This document shows positions 1 through 11,721 of a stretch of DNA of 64,000 nucleotides, one piece after another. Position numbers and translations under genes: made by a program. The stretch is taken from the NCBI GenBank assembly GCA_043228905.1, contig JBHGNT010000018.1:9548001-9612000 (forward strand), written 5' to 3'. The stretch comes from Azolla caroliniana (taxonomy: Eukaryota; Plantae; Polypodiophyta). Below the pieces are notes generated by a model. It was not told the DNA's origin. It saw only the letters and a program-made list of their open reading frames with translations, and did no database searches. How positions within the stretch are numbered: the stretch's first letter is position 1; each line of letters starts with the position of its first letter.

Positions 1-778
1 ATGGTTACGGTTCCGAAGAAGAATGGGTCACTCCGATTTATCCAAGACTTGCAACCGGTGAATAAGGTCACGATCCGGAACTCGGGAGTCGGTCCGATAG
101 TGGACGAATTTGCGGAAGCTTTTGCCGGTCGTGCGATATACTCCATCGGAGACCTATACTCGGGGTATGACCAATTCCAACTAGCCGTGGAGAGCCGAGA
201 CATCACAACCATGCGAACACCGATAGGATTAGTCCGAATGTGCACACTACACAAGGAGCGACAAACTCGGTTGCTCATATGATGAACGCGATGAACAAGG
301 TGCTTCGAGACTGCATTCCGGAGATAACGATGCCGTTCCTCGATGACATTCCGATGAAAGGATGCGCGGTCGAAGAAAAAGATGAGACTATGGATGATCG
401 GGGATGCCGAAAGTTCGTGGTCGACCATATTCATGCTTGCGAGAAAGTGTTGCGAAAGCTAGAAGATGTGCACCTAACACTTTCCGGGGAGAAATCGGCA
501 TTCGGGCAAGAAGAAATATTGGTGGTCGGACATCTATGTGGGCCCTACGGCCGAAGACCGTCACCAACAAAGATCGATGCGATTCAAGCTATGGAGGAAG
601 TATGTGAGTCAACATCCGAAGTCCGAAGGTTTCTCGGTGCATGTGCATTCTATCACATATGGATTCCGCACTATGCACATATAGCGGATCCGCTCTACCA
701 CTTGTTGCGGAAAGGTAAGAAATTCGAATGGAAACCGGAACACACCAAAGCCATGAAGAAATTGAAGAAGACACTTCG

Positions 779-1539
779 TGTTGGGATTACGGTCCCTCCG
801 GATGGGATGTCCGGAGACGAATGACGAGTACCCGGATGCGGAACCGGATGATGAAGAGTACCCGGCATGAAGCCGGATGACGAGTACCCGGATGCGGATC
901 CGGATGATGAAGAGTACCCGGCATGAAGCCGGATGACGAGTACCCGGATGCGGATCCGGATGATGAAGAGTACCCGGCATGAAGCCGGATGACGAGTACC
1001 CGGCTGCGGATCCGGATGATGAAGACCCTGGCTACGGAGCCGGATGATGAAGACCCCGGCTACGGAGCCGGATGATGAATTTACCCGGAGAGAGATCCGG
1101 ATGCGGGGACATATTTGTGAATATGTTTGCCAAGAGCCCTTGAGGCTATATTTGTAAATAGCCAGAAAGTCATATGTGTATAAATATGACTTAGGGCAAA
1201 CAGTTTAAATGTTGTTGCTCATTTTTCATGCGTAGTGAGAGCAGCCGAGAGAGAGAGAGAGAGAGAGAGAGATGAAGAGGTCGTTGCCTCTGTGTATTAC
1301 CGCCGCCTGTGGCGAAGACAGTGAGCTAAAGGTTGTTGCCTTGTAGTTTCACCATTGTACACCTCTGTTCATAGTGATAGTTGGAGTTTGAGGACTCCCG
1401 TGGTTTTTCCCATTTAGGGTTTTCCACGTAAAACATCCTGTGTACCTTTCTCTCTGTTGTCTTCGTGCATTTTGTATTTCCTGTTTTCTGAGAGTTGATC
1501 CTATTCCTCGGTGGTGGCCGAGCGCTGTTTGCATCAACA
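779..1539 (+). repeat. Copia 5' LTR
   Basis: TGTTGGG...CATCAACA; 56-bp tandem repeats in U3 from 823, TATAAAT near 1178, (GA)13. Confidence 0.96.
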
Positions 1540-1541
1540 AG

Positions 1542-1553
1542 TGGTATCAGAGC
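1542..1553 (+). promoter_or_regulatory. Primer-binding site, tRNA-iMet
   Basis: TGGTATCAGAGC 2 nt after the LTR. Confidence 0.93.
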
Positions 1554-1569
1554 GACGGTAACACAGAAA

Positions 1570-4500
1570 ATGGAAGGCGGCGGTAGTGGGCCTCCGGGCA
1601 TGATGGTGTTGAACTCACAGAACTACGCCGACTGGAAGATAAAGATGGAAGACCTCCTCATCGTCCGAGACCTGTACGAACCGATCGACAATGCCGAGAT
1701 ACCCAAGGGGGTAATAGAGTCGGAGTGGAAGCTCCTGAACCGGAAAGCCGTAGCGACGATCCGGCAATATGTAGATGTAAGTGTTCTGCAACATGTGGCG
1801 AACGACACCAACGCATATGAGATGTGGAAGAAGCTGTTGGGCCTCTACGAGAGGAAGAATGCGTTGAACCGGACCTCCCTGATGAGGAAGATAGTGAACC
1901 TCAAGTACCGGGACGGCGAGAATATGGTGGAACACGTGAGCACGTTCATGGGATTCGTGAACCAGCTTGCGGCGATCAAATTCCCGTTGGAGGATGCAAT
2001 GCAAGCCATCATTCTGATGTGTACATTGCCGGAAAGCTGGGAGAACTTGGTGGTGACTCTCAGCACCTCCTGCACCGAAGATAACTTGTCTCTACAAACG
2101 GTAAAGACAAGCATTTTGAACGAAGAAGCGCGTCGGAGAGATAAAGAACCGGCCTCCGACTCGAAGGCGCTGCTCACCGAATCGGAACGGGGAAGACAAT
2201 GGAACCGGAGTCCGCAAAGACGGGAGAAGTCGGGGACCCGGTCGCAGTCAAGAGGAAGACCCACATGCTTCCACTGTGGGAAGCCGGGGCACTTCCGGAA
2301 GAATTGTCGGCATTACCGAAAGGACAACGGAGCCGACGACACCGATTCGAAGAAGTCACCGGAGAGAAACGGTGCATACCGGGGAGCTACGGACCGGAGA
2401 GGTTCGGATCGGCGAGGGCAGGACCGGAAAGGAACGACGGCACTCGCGGCAAGTGAAGAAGAGATAATGCTCATTACCGAAGAGACGGAGCTGAACCTTG
2501 CCGGTGAGGAGATGACCTGGGTGGTCGATTCCGGAGCATCGTTCCATCTGACCCCGGAGAAGAAATACTTCTCATCCTACACAGCCGGTGAGCACGGCTG
2601 TGTCCGGATGGGAAATGAAGGTACGTGCCGGATAGCCGGCATAGGAGACGTGTGGCTGATGACATCAACCGGATGCAAGATGCTGCTGAAGGATGTGCGA
2701 CACGTTCCGGAGGTTCGATTGAACCTGATTTCGGCCGGGAGGCTAGACGATGAAGGCTACACGGGTAGCATCCGGAACGGTGTCATGAAGTTCAGCAAAG
2801 GGAGCCTGATAGTGGCTCGGGCCCGGAAGGTCAACACACTGTACCTGATGAATTCCCGGCTATGTCCGGAGGAGCTGAACGTGGCAGCCGACGCTGCCGG
2901 TGAGCTGTGGCACAAGAGACTGTGCCACATGAGTGAGAAGGGGATGAAGAGGCTTGCAGAAGACAACCTTATTCCAGTGAAGCATGTGCACCTGGAGAAG
3001 TGCACCGACTGTCTGGCCGGTAAGCAAAACCGGACCTCCTTCCACTCAAGGCCACCGACGAGACGTTGCGGACCATTGGAGCTGGTGCACACAGACGTGT
3101 GTCAAGTAGAAACGAAGTCACATGGCGGAGCCCAGTACTTCGTGACATTCATTGATGACCACAGCCGGAAGCTGTGGACGGCACCGTTGAAGACAAAGGA
3201 CCAAGTACTGTCCGTCTTCAAAGAACTCCACGCGAGGGTGGAAAGGGAATCCGGCAAGAAGCTGAAAGCAATACGAGCGGATAACGGAGGAGAATACCGG
3301 GGGCAGTTCCAGGAGTACTGTCGCTCGAAGGGAATCCGGCTCGAGTTTACTGTGCCGAAGACGCCGGAACTGAACGGGCTGGCCGAGAGGATGAACCAGA
3401 CCATAATGGAGAGGGTCCGGAGTATGCTGGCGCATGCGAAATTACCCAAGGGATTTTGGGCTGAGGCAATGTCGACGGCGACGTATGTGATAAATAGATC
3501 ACCCTCAGTACCTTTGGACGGAGACACGCCGCAGAAAGTGTGGACCGGTAAGGAAGTGTCCTACCGGCATCTGAAGGTGTTCGGGTGTCTCGCATACGTG
3601 CATGTGGCAAAGGACCGGAGAGGAAAGTTAGATCCAAAGACCCGGCCATGCATATTCCTCGGTTACGGCGACGACGAGTTCGGCTACCGAGTATGGGACC
3701 CGGTCGACAAGAAGATATTCAGGAGTCGAGATATCATCTTCATGGAGGACAAGACGCTCGCCGACTGGGAGTCGGAGAAGAAGATGAAGAGCTCCAAGTC
3801 GACCGGTGAGGATAAACTCTACGAGGAGCAGTCCCGACCGGCAAGGGACCGGTTAACACTCGAAGATCCGGCCGAAGACGGTGAAGAAACAGAACCGGCC
3901 GAGGAAGATGAAAATGATACCGGAACCGGCCCCGATCCCGAAATGGATTCGGACGAAGAAGAATCGGAAGAACCGGTTATCGAAGCTCTGGATCGGAGAT
4001 ATCCTCTAAGAGAGAGAAGGCCCCCCCGGAGATTTCCGGAACCAGAGCACGTGTTGCTAATCGACGAGGGGGAGCCGGAGAGCTTTGAAGAAGCAAAGCA
4101 CGACACCCAGAGCCGCAGGTGGTTGAGTGCCATGCAGGATGAGATGGATTCCCTGCATGAGAACCACACATATGAACTTATGGAGTTGCCGAAAGGAAAG
4201 CGGGCACTTCGAAACAAGTGGGTGTTCAAGCTGAAACCGGGAGATGCCGGAAACCCCCCGAGATACAAAGCCAGGATCGTGGTGAAGGGGTTTCAGCAGA
4301 AGAAGGGCGTCGACTTCGACGAGATATTTGCCCCGGTAGTGAAGATGACCTCCATCCGGACGGTGCTGAGCATAGCGGCAAGCATGGACCTCGAGGTAGA
4401 ACAGATGGACGTGAAGACGGCATTCCTTCACGGTGACCTCGAAGAAGAGATCTACATGCAGCAACCGGAAGGATTCGAGAAGAAAGGGAAGGAGCACCTG

Positions 4501-5643
4501 GTATGCCGGTTGAAGAAGAGCCTTTACGGACTGAAGCAGGCTCCCCGGCAATGGTACCGGAAGTTCGACTCCTTCATGACCGACGAAGGGTACCTCAAAA
4601 CGCAGTCTGACCACTGCGTGTTTGTGAAGAAGTTCGAAGGAGGAGACTTTCTAATACTCCTCCTGTACGTGGACGACATGTTGATCGTCGGACGGGACCA
4701 GGTCAAGATACGGATGCTGAAGAAGGCTCTTCACCGAACCTTCTCAATGAAGGACTTGGGTCCGGCGAGACAAATACTAGGGATGCACATCATCCGGGAC
4801 CGGAGCAAGAAGCAGTTGTGGCTGTCACAAGAGAAGTACGTGACAAAGGTGCTTCAACGGTTCAACATGTCGGAAGCAAGACCGGTCGGATCAACCCTAC
4901 CGGCAAACTGCAAGTTGTCCAGCAAGCAAAGTCCCAAGACAAAGGCTGAAAAGGAGGATATGATGAAAGTGCCGTATGCCTCAGCCGTCGGGAGCTTGAT
5001 GTACGCCATGGTGTGTACGAGACCGGACATCGGATATGCAGTCGGAGTGGTGAGCCGGTACATGAGCAATCCTGGCAAAGAGCATTGGAACGCGGTCAAG
5101 TGGATACTCCGATACCTGAAGGGCACGACAAACGTGTGCCTCCGATTCGGCTCCGGTAAGCCCGAACTCGACGGCTTCACCGACTCGGATATGTCGGCTG
5201 ATGCAGATACCAGCCGGTCCACATCAGGGTATGTGATGACATATGCAGGGGGAGCTGTTTCGTGGCAGTCGAGGCTGCAAAAGACGGTTGCGTTGTCAAC
5301 CACGGAGGCGGAGTATATGGCGGCTGTTGAAGCCGGCAAGGAAATAATATGGATGAAGGACTTCATTAGAGAGCTCGGTATCCGGCAAAAGGAGTACCTA
5401 CTCTACTGCGACAGTCAGAGTGCCATCCACCTTGCGAAGAACGCGGCCTATCACTCCCGGACGAAGCACATCCAGCGAAGATATCACTGGATCCGGGAAA
5501 GGATAGAAGACCAGGAGTTTGTGCTGACGAAGATCCACACGGACGAGAACGGGTCAGATATGCTGACCAAAGTGCTCACAACCGACAAGCTGGAAGCATG
5601 CCGGAAGAGGATCGGATTGGAGAGACATCCCATGCCGAAGTGA
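1570..5643 (+). CDS. gag-pol: Copia gag-pol polyprotein (gag, CCHC knuckle, protease, integrase, RT, RNase H)
   Basis: Uninterrupted ORF; first ATG after the PBS is at 1570; CFHCGKPGHFRKNC, WVVDSGAS, LWHKRLCH, QMDVKTAFLHG, LLLYVDDM, SRTKHI; Copia domain order. Confidence 0.96.
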   Translation: MEGGGSGPPGMMVLNSQNYADWKIKMEDLLIVRDLYEPIDNAEIPKGVIESEWKLLNRKAVATIRQYVDVSVLQHVANDTNAYEMWKKLLGLYERKNALNRTSLMRKIVNLKYRDGENMVEHVSTFMGFVNQLAAIKFPLEDAMQAIILMCTLPESWENLVVTLSTSCTEDNLSLQTVKTSILNEEARRRDKEPASDSKALLTESERGRQWNRSPQRREKSGTRSQSRGRPTCFHCGKPGHFRKNCRHYRKDNGADDTDSKKSPERNGAYRGATDRRGSDRRGQDRKGTTALAASEEEIMLITEETELNLAGEEMTWVVDSGASFHLTPEKKYFSSYTAGEHGCVRMGNEGTCRIAGIGDVWLMTSTGCKMLLKDVRHVPEVRLNLISAGRLDDEGYTGSIRNGVMKFSKGSLIVARARKVNTLYLMNSRLCPEELNVAADAAGELWHKRLCHMSEKGMKRLAEDNLIPVKHVHLEKCTDCLAGKQNRTSFHSRPPTRRCGPLELVHTDVCQVETKSHGGAQYFVTFIDDHSRKLWTAPLKTKDQVLSVFKELHARVERESGKKLKAIRADNGGEYRGQFQEYCRSKGIRLEFTVPKTPELNGLAERMNQTIMERVRSMLAHAKLPKGFWAEAMSTATYVINRSPSVPLDGDTPQKVWTGKEVSYRHLKVFGCLAYVHVAKDRRGKLDPKTRPCIFLGYGDDEFGYRVWDPVDKKIFRSRDIIFMEDKTLADWESEKKMKSSKSTGEDKLYEEQSRPARDRLTLEDPAEDGEETEPAEEDENDTGTGPDPEMDSDEEESEEPVIEALDRRYPLRERRPPRRFPEPEHVLLIDEGEPESFEEAKHDTQSRRWLSAMQDEMDSLHENHTYELMELPKGKRALRNKWVFKLKPGDAGNPPRYKARIVVKGFQQKKGVDFDEIFAPVVKMTSIRTVLSIAASMDLEVEQMDVKTAFLHGDLEEEIYMQQPEGFEKKGKEHLVCRLKKSLYGLKQAPRQWYRKFDSFMTDEGYLKTQSDHCVFVKKFEGGDFLILLLYVDDMLIVGRDQVKIRMLKKALHRTFSMKDLGPARQILGMHIIRDRSKKQLWLSQEKYVTKVLQRFNMSEARPVGSTLPANCKLSSKQSPKTKAEKEDMMKVPYASAVGSLMYAMVCTRPDIGYAVGVVSRYMSNPGKEHWNAVKWILRYLKGTTNVCLRFGSGKPELDGFTDSDMSADADTSRSTSGYVMTYAGGAVSWQSRLQKTVALSTTEAEYMAAVEAGKEIIWMKDFIRELGIRQKEYLLYCDSQSAIHLAKNAAYHSRTKHIQRRYHWIRERIEDQEFVLTKIHTDENGSDMLTKVLTTDKLEACRKRIGLERHPMPK

Positions 5644-5653
5644 AGGGGGAGTT

Positions 5654-6414
5654 TGTTGGGATTACGGTCCCTCCGGATGGGATGTCCGGAGACGAATGAC
5701 GAGTACCCGGATGCGGAACCGGATGATGAAGAGTACCCGGCATGAAGCCGGATGACGAGTACCCGGATGCGGATCCGGATGATGAAGAGTACCCGGCATG
5801 AAGCCGGATGACGAGTACCCGGATGCGGATCCGGATGATGAAGAGTACCCGGCATGAAGCCGGATGACGAGTACCCGGCTGCGGATCCGGATGATGAAGA
5901 CCCTGGCTACGGAGCCGGATGATGAAGACCCCGGCTACGGAGCCGGATGATGAATGTACCCGGAGAGAGATCCGGATGCGGGGACATATTTGTGAATATG
6001 TTTGCCAAGAGCCCTTGAGGCTATATTTGTAAATAGCCAGAAAGTCATATGTGTATAAATATGACTTAGGGCAAACAGTTTAAATGTTGTTGCTCATTTT
6101 TCATGCGTAGTGAGAGCAGCCGAGAGAGAGAGAGAGAGAGAGAGAGATGAAGAGGTCGTTGCCTCTGTGTATTACCGCCGCCTGTGGCGAAGACAGTGAG
6201 CTAAAGGTTGTTGCCTTGTAGTTTCACCATTGTACACCTCTGTTCATAGTGATAGTTGGAGTTTGAGGACTCCCGTGGTTTTTCCCATTTAGGGTTTTCC
6301 ACGTAAAACATCCTGTGTACCTTTCTCTCTGTTGTCTTCGTGCATTTTGTATTTCCTGTTTTCTGAGAGTTGATCCTATTCCTCGGTGGTGGCCGAGCGC
6401 TGTTTGCATCAACA
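5654..6414 (+). repeat. Copia 3' LTR
   Basis: Copy of 779-1539 with only one difference seen (GAATTTACC vs GAATGTACC); preceded by PPT. Confidence 0.96.
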
Positions 6415-8417
6415 CTTCGGAGGGCGGAAGCACTTAAGAAGCCGAGCTACGACCGACCGATCATAGTAACGGTTGATACAAGTCCAACCGGTATCGGGTG
6501 GGTCATCAATCAAGCCGACTCGGATGGTTCGCGGTATCCGATCCGATTCGGAGCAAAGGTTCTCAACGAAAGGCAACGTGGATATGCACAAGTCAAAAGA
6601 GAACTGTGGGGAGTCGTGTCGGCGATAAAATCGGATCGGGATTATTTGATCGGAGCCGAAGTGGTGATCGAGACGGATTGTCTTCCGATACTCGGGATGA
6701 TGCGGTGTTGTACGATACCAGATGTAGCTATGCTAAGGTGGGTTGCATATGTCAAGTCGCTTAATCCGGAGGTTCGACACATCTCGGGGAAGGAAAACGC
6801 GGTAGCGGATATGTTATGAAGGGCTCGGTTCGGAGACGACATAACTGAATCGGATAATGAAGAAGTTTCCGAAGACTACTTCGCGTCGGAGCACATATGC
6901 CGAGTGAACGTAATCCGAGAATTTCGGGAAGAAGAATATGAGGGAGAAAGTTTGATGATCGGAAAGATGTTACAAGAGGCCGAGGACTCGACAAACGATA
7001 AAGGAAGAAGAGCCGAGATCCGAAGGAAGAAGAGGCAAGTCCAAAAGTTCTTCTTGGAAAACGGATTAATATGGAGGGCGCCGAAAAGACCGGATGGTAT
7101 ACCACTTCGAGTAGTCGGGACAAAAGAGCAACGAAACCGGATAATGTCCGAGTTTCACGAATCCGATTGGGCTGGACACCGAGGAACATGGGCAACATTT
7201 GTGAAGATCAAGCAAAAATATTGGTGGAAGAAAATGTACAAAGATATCGCGGAGTTTACCGAAAGCTGCGAGAAATGTCAAGTCTACTCCGGGGTTCGAC
7301 ATCGAGATGAGTTACATCCGACATTCTCACCGACAATCAACTTCAAGTGGATGGTCGACATAGTGGCCATGCCGACCGGGATCGGACAAAAGAAATACTT
7401 GGTATTAGCTCGGGAAGATCTCACGAATCAAGTAGAAGGTCAAGCGCTTCAGAGGAAAACGTGTTCCGCGGTATGCCAATTTCTTTTGGAGGAAGTATTT
7501 TGCAGGTAGGGGTGCGTAGGACAAGTGATTGCAGACCGGGGAGAACTCGACTCAGACAAAGCTAGGGGATTCTTCGCCAAACACGGAGTTCGGTTATCGC
7601 TGACAACGGCATACAATCCGGAGGCCAACGGGAAAATCGAACGAGGACATAGTCCGATCGTAAAAGCACTTGCGAAGGCATGCGATGGAAAGGTGAAGGA
7701 CTGGCCGCAAATGCTTCCGTATGCACTATGGGCGGATCGGACGACGCATAGCTCCATAACCGGTTACATGCCGGCAGAACTCATGACCGGACAAGCACCG
7801 GTAATGCCGACGGAAACCGCGATCGCGACATGGACAGTGCTACCATGGAAGGAAGAGATGAGCCGGGAAGAACTACTAGCGGTCCGGATACGACAACTAG
7901 AGGGAAGACCGACAGACATAGTGGAAGCAATACGCTGACAACAAGAAGCACGATTGAGGAACAAAAGCCGGTTCGACACAAAGCACCGACTACGACTGAG
8001 GAGGATTGAAGAAGGAGACTGGGTGATCGTCTATGACAGTAGTTTGGACCATCAACATACAACGATGCGGAAATTCGCGAAAAGGTGGTTCGGGCCATAC
8101 GAGGTTCGGAAAGTCTTCGACAATGGAACGTACCGACTGTCCGAGTTGGATGGAACAATACTACGAGTGCCTATAGCCGGGAAGCGGGTGAAGATTTTCA
8201 AGAAGCGGACCGACGACAAACCCTATGTGATCCAAGCCAAGGCCGACTACGAGGAGTAATCAGACGAAGACCATGGGGATGCGGGAAGCGAAGAACGTGA
8301 ATTACAACTCATAGTCGACATAAGGGGAGAATCGGAGGAAGCTTTGGGTGAAGACGGATATGGGGAATCGAGAACTTTGGCACATACCGGAGGATGTGCG
8401 GGTTCGGAGGGGGCGAG

Positions 8418-9121
8418 TGTCGTAGTGTATTCCACACACTACGTGAAAACCATAAAATAATATATCCGAATTTAGATACATATAAATAAATAAATAATAT
8501 ATCAAAAGAATTTATCACGTGCATAGGGCAAGATTCAAACCATGCACCTCCACGTAGATAAACCCCAACTTTACCATTGTAATAACTTATCTTTAGTGTT
8601 ATAAATATAGATTTAATACGTATAAGACCTTTATTTACACATACCTTTATTAAAAGGTAAAAATCATGTATTCTTTAGAGTGTGAATATTTTATTTACAC
8701 GTGACATTAAAAGTGACTCATGCACGTCTAGCGTGCACGAGCCCTATATTTAGGAAATGACAAAACATCACATGCACATTTAGTGTGCATGGGCACTTTA
8801 GGTGAAAAAGCATGAAGCCATGCTTAGCCTCTTCCTTCTTTATATAAGGAGGAGAAAAATATGTATATGGTTGTTGATTAATATAGAAGAATTGATCAAT
8901 CTAATAGATTCGGGGGATTCACGAATTTTGCCATCTAATTGCTCTAATAATCTAAATATTGTTTTAATTACACTAAACTCGTGGGATTCACGAGGTTACT
9001 ATCTTACTTCTCTTCCTATTATTCATAACTAGCCTTAAGTTGTATTCCTCTTCCTCCTAGTCCAAAACCTTGGCGGTTCCCACCCGACTCATGCAACGAT
9101 CCGGAGCCGAAGGGCACGACA
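8418..9121 (+). repeat. Gypsy A 3' LTR
   Basis: TGTCGT...ACGACA termini directly after the PPT; homologous to the solo LTR at 59118-59908. Confidence 0.92.
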
Positions 9122-9655
9122 ACGCAATCGTCGGATCTTGTTGATCGCCGTCCTGATGTTGTCAGTATCTTCGAAGCAGGCTTTAAACTCGCTAATAAAG
9201 TCTTCAAAGTTATTAAGCAAGGGAGATTGATTTTCTAAAAGCGGAGCGAACCTTGCAGAGGCTAAGCCGCTAAGCAACATGCTTATTAAGCCTACTTGGG
9301 ATGCCTCAATGGGGTATCGGGAAGGATGCATCTGAATGACTAAACGTACCTGATTATGGAATCCTCTGAATTGTGATCGTGTTCCATCAAATTTCACAGG
9401 AAGTCCAATCTTGGGCTCTTTATGAAGTCCTTGGGGACTTGATCCCTGTTGTTGCAATGCTACGATGGTTGCTTCGAGTTGTTGCACACGTAACGCTAAC
9501 TCCCCATGTTGCTGCGTTTGCTGTTTTTCTAAAGTGATTTATTGAAGATCCCCTAACAGTCGTTGGTTTTCTTGTCCCAATGCAACAATTTTTTCTTTTA
9601 GACACTAAATCTCGGAAAAAACGGGTTGATATTCTTGGGCGCTAACATTAGCCAT
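9122..9655 (-). pseudogene. gag: 5' part of gag of a Tcn1/Tf1-type Gypsy, cut by the Gypsy A insertion
   Basis: EPKIGLPVKFDGTRSQFRGF...LLSG..WF-like retrotransposon gag; paralogous to 23145-24146; probable ATG at 9655. Confidence 0.82.
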
Positions 9656-9726
9656 AGTATTGGAAAAAGGGGTAAGAGGATGAGGGAAACTGAAAAGAAG
9701 ACGAGAGGGAGAAAATCGATTCAAAC

Positions 9727-9832
9727 TGTTAGGAACAATACTAAGACAAAGAAGGAATTAGTACTAAAAGATGAGGATTAATACTAAGGGAGGTGTAGAA
9801 CTCTCGAGAGAAGGAAAGAGTGAATGAGATAG

Positions 9833-9892
<60 letters not shown>

Positions 9893-10786
9893 GTTTCGTG
9901 CTAAGGTGTTTCTTTGGCGTGTGATTGTTGGTGGGTTGCCATTGGCGATGGATTTAAAACGGCGAAATATTTCAAATGGGACATGTTTTTTTTGCACGGT
10001 GGTTGAGGAAGATGCCAGACATAGGTTCATTACATGTCCGGTTGCTAAAGCCATTTGGGTGGTTATATCACAAATTTGGGCATCGATAATAGGCAATATT
10101 TTGTCACCTTTTAATTGGCTTTTTATTGATGACGATAAAGGCATGCTTGCACCATCATATAAGATCGTGTTTGACTACCTTAGGTATTGGGGGATGTGGT
10201 TTAATTGGACCATGAGAAATGTGTTCTTGTTTGATGGACTTCATGGGGTAACACAACAACTTCGTAGGATGAGAGGGAAATTGATGTGGCAATTTTCGCA
10301 ACTATGTTCTTTGGGGGCATTGTCCCGAGAGGAGATAGAGGTATGCCATCTAGTTTTGCAACACTTGAGAGGGTTTCCCATGCATTATGACTACTCATGA
10401 TGTAGTGAAGATACCAAGGGTTGTATTATCATCTTGTTTTAATAACAAAACATTGATTTATGAAAAAAAGAAAAAAAAGAAAAGAGAGAGAGAGAGAGAG
10501 AATGATGATAACAAAATATATATATTATGTTAAGAGAATATACAATAGTAGCTAGTGTTGAACCAATTTGGTTCGAAATAATGCCTTGTGCCTCCTTTTA
10601 TAGTGTTCTCAGGAGTACTCCTGAAGTTTCTAGAATGTTCTAGAGAAATCCGGAATATACATCAATTTTTTATAGTAAAACTTAAATGAAAATAATATTT
10701 TTTATATTACAACATATAGTCTAATGGTCAAGAGCTCAACCAATGTAACATAAGGTCATGGGTTCGAGTCTTGTCATATCATGACA
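9727..10786 (-). repeat. LTR of the Tcn1-type chromovirus, containing a LINE insertion
   Basis: Minus strand TGTCATG...CCTAACA; follows PPT AGGAGGATAG; TATA (CTATAAAAGG) near 10600; followed by a GTTTG PBS-like sequence and gag. Confidence 0.72.
9892..10482 (+). mobile_element. 5'-truncated L1-like LINE fragment (zf-RVT domain, 3' UTR, A-rich tail)
   Basis: ORF 9906-10400: KVFLWR..LP...CFFC...EEDARHRFITCPVAKAIW (zf-RVT); A-rich tail 10463-10482; (AG)n on both sides. Confidence 0.82.
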
Positions 10787-11721
10787 CTATCCTCCTTTTA
10801 AAACGACGAGTGTGACGAGTTGTTTGGATTGAGGACCCGGTTTGTCTGGATATTGACGATAGAAGTCTTGAAGACCACAAGCATTATTAGTCACATTCTC
10901 TATTGGTTCCCAAGTACGCTCGTTGGGACTATATCCTAACCAATCGATTAAATAGTAGAGCTTGTTGCAAATAATCTTGGAATCGAGGATGGCAGCAACC
11001 TCATAGTCAGATCGATCTTCAAGTTGGATCGGGGGTGGAGGTTGTTTAATATGACCTGAGATGGTGTTGTCTTGATAGGGTTCGAGGAGAGAACTATGAA
11101 ACACCGGATGTATCCGAAGTTGTGGAGGTAGATTGAGACGAAAAGCGACTTCATTAATTTTTCCAATAATACGGAAAGGACCTAATGGCCGATAATCCAA
11201 CTTCTCGCATGGGCGAGTAGTATTAATGTGTCGTCGTAGTAGCCATACCTGATCTCCAATGTTAAAATTGGATGGAAGCCGATGATGATCCGCGTAAACC
11301 TTGTGTGTTTGTTGAGCTTGCTGTAGATGAGTAGATAAATATGCTTGTATCTTGCGTAACCGCTCCAAATGATCCTTTGCGCAAGGATTTGTGGGTAACT
11401 CTGGGGTTTCAAATACACACCACCGGGGATGACAACCCGTATAAGCATAAAATGGTGTAACCTTTGTCGATGAGTGGACAGAGTTATTCTATGCAAATTC
11501 GGCGAAGTGGAGAATATCCGCCCAATTATCTTGATGATAGCTTAGATAGCACCGAAGATACTACTCCGGCGTTTGATTTGTTTGTTCTGCTTGGCTGTCT
11601 GTTTGTGGGTGGTAGCCGGGGGAGAGGTTACAAGTGACCTTGAGCATTTTAAAGAGGTGCTTCTAGAATTTCGAGACAAACTAGGGTCCACGATTGTTAA
11701 TGATACTATAGAGAAGGACAT

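Larger units (their letters stand above)
779..6414 (+). mobile_element. Full-length, apparently intact Ty1/Copia LTR retrotransposon (Tnt1/Tork-like)
   Basis: Two 761-bp TG...CA LTRs, TSD CTTCG (774-778 and 6415-6419), PBS TGGTATCAGAGC, PPT AAGGGGGAG, single open gag-pol ORF. Confidence 0.97.
1..8259 (+). pseudogene. pol: Gypsy A pol (RT-RNase H-integrase), disrupted
   Basis: ORFs 1-282, 240-778, 6420-6819, 6904-7509, 7525-7938, 7954-8259; frameshift near 250, in-frame stops near 6817, 7507 and 7936, and the Copia insertion. Confidence 0.9.
1..9121 (+). mobile_element. Ty3/Gypsy LTR retrotransposon A (non-chromovirus); 3' part with pol, PPT and 3' LTR; interrupted by a Copia at 779-6414
   Basis: RT motifs (PKKNGSLRFIQDL, DLYSGYDQF, PFLDD), RNase H (TVDTSPTGIG), integrase (GHRG..C..CQ, YNPEANGKIER), PPT GGAGGGGGCGAG ending 8417, LTR 8418-9121. 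Confidence 0.93.

Noticed and set aside
609-980. His/Pro/Ser-repeat ORFs (also 5484-5855 and 34436-34803)
   Set aside because: Translations of LTR tandem repeats
1495-1569. N-terminal extension of the Copia ORF from TTG at 1495
   Set aside because: It lies in the LTR and PBS; the ATG at 1570 is the plausible start
1615-5366. Numerous antisense and alternate-frame ORFs over Copia gag-pol
   Set aside because: Expected shadow ORFs in GC-rich coding DNA
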